Below are positions 13,061-25,274 of a stretch of DNA of 64,000 nt, in pieces. Each line of letters opens with the position of its first letter. Position 1 is the stretch's first letter. This stretch comes from Spirogloea muscicola (lineage: Eukaryota). Where the stretch lies: contig WELB01000003.1 of assembly GCA_009602725.1 (NCBI GenBank), positions 1,345,710-1,409,709 on the forward strand, given 5' to 3'. The translations under genes were made by a program, and so were the position numbers. The notes beneath the pieces are model-generated. The model saw nothing but the letters and a program-made list of their open reading frames with translations. It had not been told where the DNA came from and searched no databases.

Positions 13061-13711
13061 CGCGCTGCGATCCTTGTTCTTTCTTCCATCCTCTCTTGCT
13101 GCTCTTGTATTCCTCCACCATTTTCCATGAGGCATTTATCTTGCTCCAAAGTACACATAGCGCAGCTGTATGCGGGATGGTTATTGGCAAAGGCATGAGT
13201 CAAGCTCTCCATCCGGCAATCTTGTAATAAACTCGTAGTGCAAGAGGCGACAGAGGGTTGCAGGATGTCTTCAGACATGCACATGCAAGCTCGCTGCACG
13301 TCTTGAGTATGCCGCAGTGCATGATAGCACGCCCACCTCTATTATTCTAGACATGCTGCTTTCCTTCACATGCATACATCCGGTGATATCCAGATTCAGT
13401 TAAGCTCGTGCTCATCTTCCCAATGCTCGTGTTCAGCTCCCTGAGCTTGAAGTTGAGTGCCAGCAACTGATCATCTTTTCCCCAATACAGCCAGGCAGTA
13501 AAGCAAATTCATGACCAAGTCGCAGCAATCGCTTTTTACTCTTGTCAGACTGTCTGGTCTCCCATCCATACACTGCTTTGCTTTGACAAGCTGTGCTTGG
13601 GGAGCTACTGAGCTTTCTAGTGGAGAATATCCTATACATGTGCAACTTGGACAGCCTTGCGAAGTCACAAAGTTCTGCAAAGTACCCAGCAATGGTTGCA
13701 CCATATGTTGG

Positions 13712-16700
13712 CTAGCATGGGTACACAGAAAAGTCATCGTAGAGGAGCTTTCCGTCCTTGGAATAGTGGAGATTGAAGTAGCATGGCTCGCAGAAGAGGG
13801 AGACGCGCTCTGGTGCAAGCTTGTCGTCGATGGTCACTTTCTCCGCAGTATGACGATGGCAGACTGAGCACCGCCGCAGCCAATATTTGGGCTGCACAAG
13901 GTTTTGCCAAAGAAACGTCCTCCCCGAAGGTCAGTCAGCATGCACCTCACATGATTTGAATATGCTAGTAAATCTGCTCAAAATGACACAAACAATTGCT
14001 CCAGATGACACGAAGAATGGAAGGTGCTCGCAAGGAGTGCTCGCCAATGAGGGACGCTACTGGAAATGAAGCTATGTACGGAGCCCGCCTCCACTGTGGC
14101 GATTCGACTGTCTAACAGTGAGTAATATTGCGTTGCATCTCAGGGCAGAGTTTGCATCATTTCTCCTTCTACAAGATGTGCAAGTCAGACCTTGTGGAGT
14201 ACAACGGGGTATGCAGAGGACTGATGAGGGTCCTGCTGGTGGAGCCGACGCACGTCGAGGAAGCAGACAATGTGCTTGCAGTCACCCTGCACAATAAGAA
14301 GGATGGCCGCACGGCCGCATCAGCCGTCGCCTTGCCTTGCTGCCTGCATCAGTTCCGTCAATTTTGGCAGTCGCCATGTCGGCTGACCTGGTGGCAGTAG
14401 AGATACAAGGCTCCAACCCGCAACCGCAGGTCCGCAAACGTGGTCGCGTGCATGTCCTTGGCTGCCCACGGCCTCGGCGGCGCCCCGTCCGAAGCCTCTG
14501 CCTGGCTTGCCCGCCACTCACGCACCGCCGCACTGTAGTCCTCAGCCTCTGCGTCCCGAAGGTCGTTGTAAAAGACATCCTGCAGTGTAAGAAGGACAAG
14601 CTTAATTTTAATAAAAGATTAAGCTTGAGAAATCGATATAAAACCGCGGCCCCAAGGCATGTGCCATGGTATCAAGCAGCGCCCTGGAGCGACGGCATGC
14701 CGGCAGAGCCCAGGCCGAGCAGGGGCACCTCAATGACAAAGTAGCCTGACGGCACTGCGATGCCATTGAGCCGCATCACGCGGTCTGCCTGGCAGATGAT
14801 GGCGTCGCGCAGCGCCGTCAGGCGCTGGCTGCCCAGCACCAGCATCTCCTGGCCCTGCAGAGAGAATGCAGCAATCGATCACACGGACTTTACATGGATG
14901 CTGGACTCCGACGTAGAACTTGCACATTCCACGACTGCACAGGTGAGCTACTGTCGAGCCACACTGCAACTTCCAGGTGATTTGCAGCGGCCCTCATAGC
15001 ACAGATGGATGTGGACAGAAGACAGTCGACAGAGAAGACGGCAGAGGGCGGCGAGGCTTGACACCTTGACCTTCCGCCGCTTGTGGTTGTGGTGCACGGT
15101 CACACAGAGCACGACCTCTGACTCCTCAACATCTGCCTGCGCAAGTGGCCCACCATAAAACCATGTGTTTCAAACATGAATCAAGTCCATGTACACGATA
15201 TCTGCTAATCAATATCACTTGTATAAAGCCACGCACTTCGCTTGGTGCATGAATTCCTTCCAAAGTCCGCGTCCTTGTGCTGCGTGGCGGCAGCACAGCG
15301 GCAGCGACGGCCTGGGCCCAGGCCTTACCTGGAGTGCAGGGCCTGTGCAGCCCTCCCGAGGACTGGAGTGGGCAGAGGCTGCAGCAGTGACGGAGGGGTG
15401 CAGTGGCAACGGCTGCAAGGGGTCGAGGGGACGGCAGGCACTGGCGCATCCCTGAGCTTCGCCACAACGACGGGCGAGGGCGGGTGAGACAGCTGACACT
15501 CGCTGCTGCTGTGCTCTCTCCATCTCTTCCTCAGCCTCTCCGCTTCCCTCCCTCCTTCCACCTCTCAAACCCCCCTCCTCCTCGGTGATGGCGGAGCTCG
15601 CAGCTGCAGAAAGACAAGTTGGCAGGAGGGCACGACACAGCGCCGCCGCCTCACCTGAGGCACAGTAGCGGCGCCGCCCTCCATAAGGCTTTGCGCTCCT
15701 CCAGGATGCGCCGCAGCAATTCCGCCCTGCGCTCAGCCTCCTCGCCCTACCGCCAAAAGAGGCGCCGCTCAGCTCGCTGATCAGGCACAGGACGGGGCTG
15801 CGAGCAGGCCACCTTCAGAATCACCAGCACCATGGTGGCCCTAGTCACCTGCTGTGCGTCAAGCCAGCGGTCAGCCTCGTCGCGCGGCCGGCCCCGTGCC
15901 CGCTTCTTCCCTCCTCCTTCCTTTGCCAGATTCTCCGAGGCGCTGGCTCCGTCTGCCGCCGCTGCCACAGCCGGCGCCGGGCAAGCTGGCGTGGCCATGT
16001 GGGCAAGAACGCCGCCCTCTGCATTCTCGCTCCCACCCGAAGAAGTTGCCGCCGCTGCGCCTCCATCATTGCGGCCGCACTGTGAAGTGTCCATGGGTGC
16101 CCCGGAGGCAGCGGCCACGACCGAGACTGCCGGGCCATGGCCGCCGCCGTTGCTGTCCGCCGGCCCGAGCTGGAGAAGCGAGCGAACGGGCCTGCGTCAG
16201 CAGCATCGCAAGGGGCTGCGCCGCCCGAGTTCCCGGCATCAGCAAGCTGGAGTCGATCACAAGCTCTCAGCTGCGGAACTGTGAGGAGCGCAGCGCTGCC
16301 TTGGGTGGGCGTCAGTAGTGCCAGCAGAAGCAAGCCACTACATTCAGCCTCGCGACCCCCCTCCTCTCTCTGCGCCCCCCCTCCTCTCCCTGCCGCCACA
16401 GGGCTCACCTCCTGGCTTCACCCCTCCCTCCTCTGAACGCCTCCCTCCTTCATACGTCCACATAAATACTCCTAATATACTTCAAACTCTTGACCCTCAT
16501 GCCTTGACCCTTATGCAAGACATAATTCTACAGACTCAGTCATAGAAAGCTTGGTTTCTAATTCCTTCCTTGACTTCCTCCCTCATACACTGCCCTGCCT
16601 GTTGTGGTCGCGCAGTGGCTGTGCAGGAGAGGGGGGTCCGACAGGCACCTGGAACTGGGAGAGGACGCGCTCCACCTCCTCCTCCACGGGAGCGAGCTGC

Positions 16701-17462
16701 AGGTTCTCCACGCTGCCCGCCGATGGCGCCACAGCGCAGCGCCGCTGTGAGGCAGACGGCCGTGGGCCTCATGTACGAAGCCTGCGGTTGCTTGAGGTGC
16801 AACTGACTTGCAGGCTCCAAGTTTCTCACACATTAAACTGTGAAGGTTGAGCAATTTGGTAACACTGAGGTATAAAGGTTAACACCTTCCACGGAAGATA
16901 ACAGCTTAACAACACTAGGAAGCTGAGGACCGTGCATTGAGAACTATTGTGCTGGCAGTAGCGGACCTGAGGTGGTCATCAGCATCGTTCGGCTCGCCAG
17001 CGGCGGCAGGGTCACTGCGGACGAGACCCTCCAGCTCCTGGCCCTCCCCACGATGCGTTGGCAGTGCCGCGACAACAGCGCCGGCAAGGAGAGCAGCGGC
17101 TCAGCGTCGCTGCCCTCCTGCGGCGAGTGCAGGAGCGCCATGCTGCTGCTGCTGCGCCGGCTGGAGCTCTCGTCTGCATGCACCTCGAGCAGCCTCTGGC
17201 AGTCGGATCGGAAGGCGGCGACGGCAATGTAGTGTGACACTTGGTTCTCGAAGCTGGTGGCAGGGCCTCCCACGGCGCAGACGATGCGCGCCGGCGGCAG
17301 CGACGTGCCGCCGGTGGCGGCGTTGCCGCCATTGGCAGCGGCTCCGGCAGAGGCGTCGGATGGAGCCGTGCCGAGCCCAGCGCCGGCCGGAGAGGAGGAG
17401 AGCGGAGGCAGCGGCCGGCCATCGCCGTCGCTCTCTCCCGCTTCCGCCGCCGGCGCTGCCAT
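13712..17462 (-). CDS. SNAPC3: snRNA-activating protein complex subunit 3 (SNAP50 / plant SRD2 homologue), multi-exon
   Basis: EMLVLGSQRLTALRDAIIC...SGYFVIE, DVFYNDLR, LRLRVGALYLYCHQ/GDCKHIV and the C-terminal zinc finger CSVC...KVTIDDKLAP...FCEPCYFNLHY..DG...Y.DFSVYP. Stop at 13712. The ATG at 17462 and the N-terminal exons are less certain. Confidence 0.88.
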
Positions 17463-17482
17463 CGTTGCCGCCGCCGCCGACG

Positions 17483-17560
17483 AAGGGTTTAAGGACTTAA
17501 GATTAATGATTTGAGGGGTCCAGGGTTCGGTTTAAGGGTTTCAGGTTTAAGGTTTAGAAG
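17483..17560 (-). promoter_or_regulatory. Degenerate telomere-like (telo-box-like AAACCCT) tract just upstream of the SNAPC3 start codon
   Basis: Plus strand aagggtttaagg...cagggttcggtttaagggtttcaggtttaaggtttag, with more at about 17768-17790. Confidence 0.55.
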
Positions 17561-18545
17561 GTGGCGGCGGCGGCGACGGCGGCGGAAGGCGCGACGTCCG
17601 AAGCGCGGGTCCGGAGCGCGGGGTTGTGCTGGACCAGGCCAGGGGACCCCCGGGAGCTCAGGCGAGGAGGGAGGCAAGTGGGCGGTGTGTGGCCTCGGTG
17701 CTGTGCGCCCAGCTCTGCCACGCCGACGCTGCTGAAGGCGCAGAGGTGGGGGGGGGGGGGGGGGGGTTGAGGGTTTAAGGAATTTAGGAGGGGGNNNNNN
17801 NNNNNNNNNNNNNNNNNNNNNNNNNNNNNNNNNNNNNNNNNNNNNNNNNNNNNNNNNNNNNNNNNNNNNNNNNNNNNNNNNNNNNNNNNNNNNNNNNNNN
17901 NNNNNNNNNNNNNNNNNNNNNNNNNNNNNNNNNNNNNNNNNNNNNNNNNNNNNNNNNNNNNNNNNNNNNNNNNNNNNNNNNNNNNNNNNNNNNNNNNNNN
18001 NNNNNNNNNNNNNNNNNNNNNNNNNNNNNNNNNNNNNNNNNNNNNNNNNNNNNNNNNNNNNNNNNNNNNNNNNNNNNNNNNNNNNNNNNNNNNNNNNNNN
18101 NNNNNNNNNNNNNNNNNNNNNNNNNNNNNNNNNNNNNNNNNNNNNNNNNNNNNNNNNNNNNNNNNNNNNNNNNNNNNNNNNNNNNNNNNNNNNNNNNNNN
18201 NNNNNNNNNNNNNNNNNNNNNNNNNNNNNNNNNNNNNNNNNNNNNNNNNNNNNNNNNNNNNNNNNNNNNNNNNNNNNNNNNNNNNNNNNNNNNNNNNNNN
18301 NNNNNNNNNNNNNNNNNNNNNNNNNNNNNNNNNNNNNNNNNNNNNNNNNNNNNNNNNNNNNNNNNNNNNNNNNNNNNNNNNNNNNNNNNNNNNNNNNNNN
18401 NNNNNNNNNNNNNNNNNNNNNNNNNNNNNNNNNNNNNNNNNNNNNNNNNNNNNNNNNNNNNNNNNNNNNNNNNNNNNNNNNNNNNNNNNNNNNNNNNNNN
18501 NNNNNNNNNNNNNNNNNNNNNNNNNNNNNNNNNNNNNNNNNNNNN

Positions 18546-18561
18546 TGTGCTCTTCCGATCT
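18546..18561 (+). other. Illumina adapter remnant at a contig edge (assembly artefact)
   Basis: TGTGCTCTTCCGATCT directly follows the N-gap and matches the 3' end of the TruSeq read-2 primer/adapter sequence. Confidence 0.92.
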
Positions 18562-18802
18562 CCCCGTCCCTCCCTTCCTCCCCTCCCTCCCTCTCTCCCT
18601 CTCTCTCTGCACACCTCTTCTGATGTCTCCCCCAATCCCTCCCCCTCTCCCTCCGCTCCCTCTCTGTCATTCCCTCCCTCTCCTCCTACCTGCTCTTCCT
18701 CTCTTGCTCGCCTTTATTTAGTTGGTGCTTCCTCGCTCTCGCTCGCATGTCTCCCTCTCATGCTCGCACGACCAACAAGGGCACCTCACTGCGGATCGGC
18801 AG

Positions 18803-21800
18803 GTGAGGAGCAGAAGCGCGTCGAGCGGCACTGGAACCCTACAGTCGCCCACACAACGCTCCTCGCAATCGGCACATCGGCCCCAGAGGTGCTGCTGGCG
18901 CTCATCGACGCCATCAAGCACCTCGACCGCGAGCCCGGCGGTGCGTGCTCGCTCCCCCTTCATCCAGCTCTTCTCACCGCACCTTCCCTCCATGGCCAGT
19001 CACCTAAGCCACTGCCACTGCTTCCGTCGCCCGCCACCGCCGCAGTCCTGGGGCCCGGTACCATCCTCGGCTCCGCCGCCTTCAACCTGCTCGTCATCCT
19101 CGCCGTGTGTGTCGTGACGCCGCCTCCCGGCGAGGGCCGCCGCATCGAGGCGTACGGCGCGTTCGCTGCCGAGCTCGCGTGGTCTCTCTGGGCCTACTTC
19201 TGGCTCCTCATCATCCTCAAGGTCAGGGCTTCAACTCCCTCCCTCCCTCCCTCCCTCCCTCCACTCTCACACTCACACACACGAACAATCTCACACTCAA
19301 ACACTCACAGCACACTCTCCGCCAGGGCAGCAGCACCACTTCTCCTTCCTCCCCCCCAGCTGCCGCCCTGCCCTCACCTCTCTCTGACGCCTCCTCGGTC
19401 ATGCGGGGTGGGGAACCAGTTCTCGTCGCCCGGCATAATCGACATCTGGGAGGCAGGGGCGACGCTGGCGCAGTTCCTGCTCTTTGTGGCTGCGTCCTAC
19501 TGCCAGGACCGCGGCTGGTCGCTCGCCTCCCTCGTCCCTGCCGCTGCCCCCTCCGCGCCGTCAGCCGCTGCTGCTGTGGCGCTCGAGCTCGCCGAGGTCC
19601 CGTCGCCGCCGTCGCCACCGACGCCCGTTGCAGCCTCCGCCGGGGTGCACACACCTGCACCGTTGCCGGCCTCTGGCAGGGGCAGCAGCCCCACGCCAGC
19701 GCCACCGGCCACAGCTGCAAGGGTTCGGCGGGCATCCGACGAGGGGACGGTGCGCCGCAGTCCCGCGGCGGCATCACGGCCCGCCCGCAGGACCACCATG
19801 CCGGCCAGCTCGCCTCGGTCGCCCCCCTTCCAGTGAGCTACTGCTGCCTCCTGCTCACTTTGCATCCCCCTCCCTCCTCTACTTCCCTCCCCCACTCCTT
19901 CTCTCCTCTGCTCTTTGGGCCTCCTATCCTTCACACCCGTTTCCTCCTTCACCCCCTTCCTCCNTCTCCCTCCTCTGCTCTGTGGTCCTCCTCCTCCTTC
20001 ACACCCTTCCTCGACCTTCCCTCCTCTCCCCCTCCTCCTCCCTCTCCTCCCTCCGTTGCCACACTCCTAGTCGTCAAGTTGTTTACGCCGCAATCTGCAC
20101 CCTCGTGCTGCAGGCGACGGGCCACGGGCCTGCAGCAGACGTTGCGCTTCCGCGTGCACGCCAGCCGCCTCGTGTCAAGCGGCGACCTCGAGAGCGCAAT
20201 GGACCTGCTGGCGCCCGACGGCAGTGCTGCCGCCGCCGGCACACTGGATGACGCTGCAGCAGCAGCGTCGTCAGCAGCATCGGCCGACGAGGACTCCTTT
20301 GATGGAGGTGCACTCTGCAAGCGCGCGACCCTTTGGCAGCGGTGCTGCTGCTCCGGCGAGCCGCGTGACATTGACCAATCCATGGCCGCCGCCGGTCGCA
20401 GGGCTGCCAATAACCACGTTGCCGCCGGCACCGCGTATCGTCGCGCGCCTCGGGCCTGAGGCCCTCGAGCGCCGCTGCGATGCCACCTGGGCAGCCAGCT
20501 TTGACATGTTAGCACAATACATTTTCACCACGGACTGTTTGCTGTTGAGTTAAGCTTAAGTGTTGATCCTTGCCCATATCTTCCTAGGTCCACTTGCCTT
20601 GCACTTAGTCCTTAATTTGCAGCATTAGGCTTAGATTTTATACATTAGCCCAAATCAGCATGCTGCCATACCCACGTGCATGGCAGGCTGACGGCGGACG
20701 CGGGCCTTGCTGCTGGGCCGTCGCTCCAGCTCGAGCTGTTCGACCCCGGAGGCGATGTTGGCGGGCAGTGCACCATCGACCTCGCGCCGCTGCAGCGGCC
20801 CGCGTCAGTGCTGGACGTGTGGGCCGAGCTGGCGCCAAGCGAGGAAGGCAGCATGGCAGCCGGCGCCGCCGTGCACATACGCGTCACCTCCGCTTCCGGT
20901 GACGGCAGCCACCTGGCTATCAACGTCCTCGGCGTCCGGGGCATCAAGGGCAGCTCGGCGGGTGCCCTCTCCTGTCTTTGGCGCTGCTTCCCTCCCTCCT
21001 CTACCTCTCTCCTCTCCCTGTCTTCCTGCTGCTCTTCTCTTCTTTCCCGCCCTCCACTTCCTCCCTCTACTATTTCCTCCTCCTTCCCTCCTGCTCTGTC
21101 TCTCCCTGCTCCAATCCACATAGCGTCCTGCCCTCCCTGGTCCGTCAGCCCCAGGCGTGGCGGCTCTTCCACTCTCCACCTGTGGTCAGACTTCGTGCAT
21201 CAGTCGACTCACCTTGCTTGCTAATCTGGCTGTCGCTTACTGCAGCGCGTGGGAGCACGCCAGGCTTGGGCAGGGAGTGGCGCCTCCAGTTCCAGGACGC
21301 CATGACCGTACCCGCATAGTTTACCCCTCTCCTCCCTCCCCCTCCCTCCCACCTCCCTGCGTGCCTCCCTCATCTATCCTCCCCTCCTCTCCTCTCTTAC
21401 CCTCGCCCAGGCAATGTGCACTTGGAGCTCCACCGCTGCTATCGTCGACTCATTCCTGGGCTGTCGCATCACCTTGACACATGGCTCGAGTGCGCGTCCA
21501 TGGTGCAGCTGCGAGGTGCGGCGGCGCTCGCGGCTGGGGCCGATGGTGGTCAGCAGTCCCGGCCGCCGTCGGCCGCGGACATGTGCCTCCACGCCCTCTG
21601 CTTCTACTGGAAGCTGCTGTTTGCAGCCATTCCGCCGGCGGGCACCGGCGGCGGCTGGCCCGCGCTCGCCGCATCGCTCACGCTCATTGCCGTGATTGCT
21701 GCGGCGCTCGTCGAGCTCGCCGACCTCTTCAGCTGCGCGTCGGGCCTGCCCGTGTACGTCACGGCCATCACGCTCGTGGCAGCGGGCACGTCGATGCCGG

Positions 21801-22376
21801 ACCTGCTGGCCAGCCGGCTGGCGGCGCGGCTGTCAGACCGCGCCGACGCTGCCGTGTCCACCGTCACAGGCTCCAACAGCACGAATGTGTTCCTTGGCCT
21901 TGGCCTGCCCTGGCTCGCCACCGCCCTTCACGACCGCCTCCGCTCCCGCCACCGCTTCCGGGTGCGGCTCAGCACCGCTGCAGCCGACCCCAAGCTGCTG
22001 GCTCTCACACTTAGGTCTTAGGACTTAGATCTTAGATCTTAGTGCTCAGCGATCACGTTGTAGATTAGCGGTTTTGGGTTCTATGGTGCAAAGTGCGCGG
22101 CCACAGCCTTGACCTTGCATTGGTTCGACTGCCGGCCGCGCGGCCTTGCCCCTGCAGGTGGAGGCCGGAGTGTACGAGGTCAGCCTGGCTGCCTTCTTCG
22201 GTGCCGCAGTGGCCGGCATCTGCGCGCTGGCAGCACGCCGCGTGCTTGCTGGTGTGGAGCTCGGCGGCAGCCGGGGCAGCGCTTGGGCCACTGCGACGCT
22301 GCTCGCCACCCTCTGGGCGACCTTCATTGCCGTCTCGAGTGCGCGCGCCTACGCAGCACCGCCGGCCGCTGGCTGA
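18803..22376 (+). CDS. Ca2+/cation antiporter of the NCX/MHX branch (Na+/Ca2+ or Mg2+/H+ exchanger-like); 5' exons missing, probably in the gap
   Basis: WNPTVAHTTLLAIGTSAPE (alpha-1), LGPGTILGSAAFNLLVILAVCV, WSLWAYFWLLIIL, SPGIIDIWEA..TL, W..QF..A, HALCFYWKLLFAAIPP...GGW, AITLVAAGTSMPDLLAS (alpha-2), ADAAVSTVTGSNSTNVFLGLGLPW and RRVLAGVELGG. Stop at 22376. Confidence 0.9.
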
Positions 22377-22600
22377 GAAAGGCTCGGTCGAGCTGAACTG
22401 TGCCTCCATGCTGTGGCTCTCTCTCCTTCCTCCCTCGCTCCCCTTTTCCTGTCGCTTCCACCACTGCTTCTCCCTCTTCATGCACATGTCACAACGGCAA
22501 CAAAAGCAACGAGAGATCGTGTCTTGGATTTATAAGCACTTGCTCGCACTTGCGTGCAACTTGCCGGGCCTGGCGGCTGATCTGAATTGCAGCAGCCTCA

Positions 22601-25193
22601 TCAGCGGAAAGCGAGCGCCGGTCCATCGGAGCTCGCGACTAGCACGACAAGTATGGCTAGCGCAGCCAATGCTGCCCAGTCACTAGGCTGCAGCCCCCCC
22701 AGGCGCGACAGAAAGTGCACCCGGTGGCGCTCTGCATCGCCACCGTAGCCACGCGCGAGCATGGCCTGCAAAAGAGGAGTCCAGGTGCTGCATCAATGTT
22801 AAGTTCGAATTTCTGTTCTGCTGCTTACATTAGACACAGCGCGAAGTGAGCAGTCAGCAGTGAGGCAGTGAGCAAAGGTGGGAAAGAGAAACGGAACGTG
22901 TAACAATCAGATGCATATCTCCTCCAAGCTGGCAGCTCACAAGAGCGCCCCATGGACCAGATAAAAAGGGAGGCAGGACGGAAGGAGGGAGCACCTGGCT
23001 GATATTGTCACTGTGGGCAAAGAGGTTCTGGAAGAGCCGACGGAAGAGCAGGAAGAAGACTGCACACAGCACAATGCCAAGCTTGACGGTCAGCTGTCTG
23101 TAGCCTATAACATATTTGGATTTAATGCGGGAAAGGTGTTGACAGATGGGGAGCGCACCGTCGAGCGTGCCCATGAGCTTGAGGCGGCGCCAGGCAATGC
23201 CCCGCGCTGCGACACCAAGCGCCAGGCTACGGGCCTCATCGAACACCAGCCCGACGAACCGCAGGGAGAGGAGGAGTGTGAGCACGGCCTCGCCGACCGG
23301 CGCACCGGCTGCGCGCAGCGGCGCAGCAAACCACGCCAACGAGGCAACAAGCTGCTCCGGCGGCGTCGTCGTCAGGCACAGTGCCGCGCTCTGCAGCGCC
23401 TGCAAGTGCACCAAGGGAAAAGGAGGAAGGTCCAGAGCGAGGCTCCAGAGTCAGGCCATTACTGAGTACGGCATTTGCTGGTCAAGACTATGACAGTACT
23501 CATGGGCAGTCAGAGCTGATTCGTAAGAGTTGGCCATAGATGTTGGTCACCACGCTCTCCTCATCTACACTGACTTACAATCATTGGAATAAGTCTGAAT
23601 AAGTGTGTTGAGGAGAAGGGCTTTGGTTGAGCACATGGAGCTTTTTGCCGCCAGTGTGACGTGGTCAACTGGCCAGTCGACTAAGTCAACACTGCTCAGG
23701 CAACAGCGACATTTTCAGGCTTTTGGGTATAAGATCGCCGAGTGACTTGCAGCTCTAACCCCCAGCGAAGTCAGAGACTCTTGACTGCAACCGCACCGGC
23801 TGCGCAGGCGGCAGGGGCCTCACTGTGAAGGTGAGGCAAGCAGAGGAGCCGGCGAGCGCCACACCACGGCGAGTGACGTGCAGCGGCCCGGCGGCCAGCA
23901 GCACATACTTGTATCCGCCACCGCCGCCGAGCGCAGGCGGCAAGGCTGGGAGGCCATCGGCAGCTGGCGGGGGGCAGCGCGCCTGCACCAGCGGCGCGAC
24001 GCCGTCCGACCCCAGCGCAACTAGTGCGAAGAGGTAGCAGCAGAGGATTGCCATGCGGCTCAGCTGATCCTGCGAGCAGTCATGAGAGAGGGGGGGGGGG
24101 GGGGAGGGAGCACCCTCGAGATATACTACGGCTCCGTTAGGGAGGGAGAGAAGGTGCAGGTGAAGAAGGGCGGAGGGAGGTAGGGGGGAGGGAGGAAAGG
24201 GGCAAGAGGAGCAACGAGAGGAGGGAAGGAGGGAAGGAGGGAAGGAGACGTCGCACATCACAGACAGTTGAAAGCGACAGCACAACATCACTCGGCAGCG
24301 CGGCAGGTGGCGAGATGACCTGCCAGAGGTCACGGGGGAGCGCGGCGGCGGTGAGCCCGGCAAGCAGCGCCACGAGGCCCGCGCGCACGCCCAGTCCCGC
24401 CCGCGCCGGCAGGACCACCAGCGCCAGCAGCCAAACCTGCGCATGCCAATGTCGTGAGCACGTGCAACATACATATATACATGAGTTGTACCCGGCACTC
24501 AAGGCCGGGTACAACTTTAGCGAGTTCAATTTGCGAGTTAGATGAAAAAACTCAGAGTTAAGGGCTTTGGACAACGTGGAGCAGGACGCATCTCCTCTGC
24601 TCCCTGTTTCCATTGCACCTGACTTTCTTCTCTCTTCTCCCTCCCTTCACATGCGCGTCACGTCCAATCTTTCTGGGCCCGACAGCGCTGCCGCTGGGGC
24701 TCCGCACCTGCTTCACGCGGGGGTCGAGGCGGTGCAGCGCCGTCTGGGGCTCGGCGACGTACGACCCCAGCGGCGCGGCGGTGGTGTTGATGAGCGCGCC
24801 GAGCACCCGCTCGCCGAGCGACTCGCGCCGCGGCAGGTAGAGGTGCGGGTCCGTCAGCCACTTGGGCACCGGACGAGCGGCAGCGCGGGTGCCGCCATTG
24901 CCGCCGCCGCGGCCCTCCGCAGCGGCCGCCGCCGAGCTGGGCGCTCGCGGCTGGGTGGAGGACGAGGACGACGAGGAGGAGGGAGATGGTGGAGACGGCT
25001 GCTCTGCCAGCCCGCCGGTGCGGCCGCCATCGCCGGCCGGCTCCTCCTCGCGGCGGCAGCGGCACTTGGGCAGGCTCCTCCGCCGCGGGGCTGCCCACGT
25101 CGCCGCCTGCCGAAGGTAGCGGGCTGAGTGCCGCGGCGGACCGGCGGCGGAGAGCTGCGGCGAGCGGCAGGCGGCGGCTGCCGGGGCCAGCAT
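22601..25193 (-). CDS. ABCI12: ECF transporter transmembrane T component (CbiQ/EcfT family), plastid ABCI12-like
   Basis: Transit-peptide-like N-terminus, then APLGSYV..PQTALHRLDPRVKQ/VWLLALVVLPAR, LCLTTTPPEQL, LTLLLSLRFVGLVFDEARSLALGVAARGIAW and AMLARGYGGD. The last exon ends at TGA 22601-22603. Confidence 0.88.
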
Positions 25194-25220
25194 GCCGGAG
25201 CTCCTCAGAGCTAAGTCTAG

Positions 25221-25274
25221 GAGTAGGGTTTATGGGGTTGAAGGGTTTAAGGGTTTAAGGGTCAGGGTCCAGGG
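25221..25274 (-). promoter_or_regulatory. Telo-box-like tract upstream of the ABCI12 start codon
   Basis: The minus strand reads ccctggaccctgacccttaaacccttaaacccttcaaccccataaacccta, including one exact AAACCCTA. Confidence 0.55.

Noticed and set aside
17483..17794. True telomere at the contig edge
   Set aside because: The repeats are few, degenerate and interspersed with unique sequence. The gap follows a G-rich tract, not a telomeric array.
17489..18670. Long ORFs spanning N-gaps (also 9655-11007, 25262-26343, 35717-36598)
   Set aside because: Their length is an artefact of translating through Ns at 10273-10650, 17795-18545, 25547-25885 and 35778-36464.
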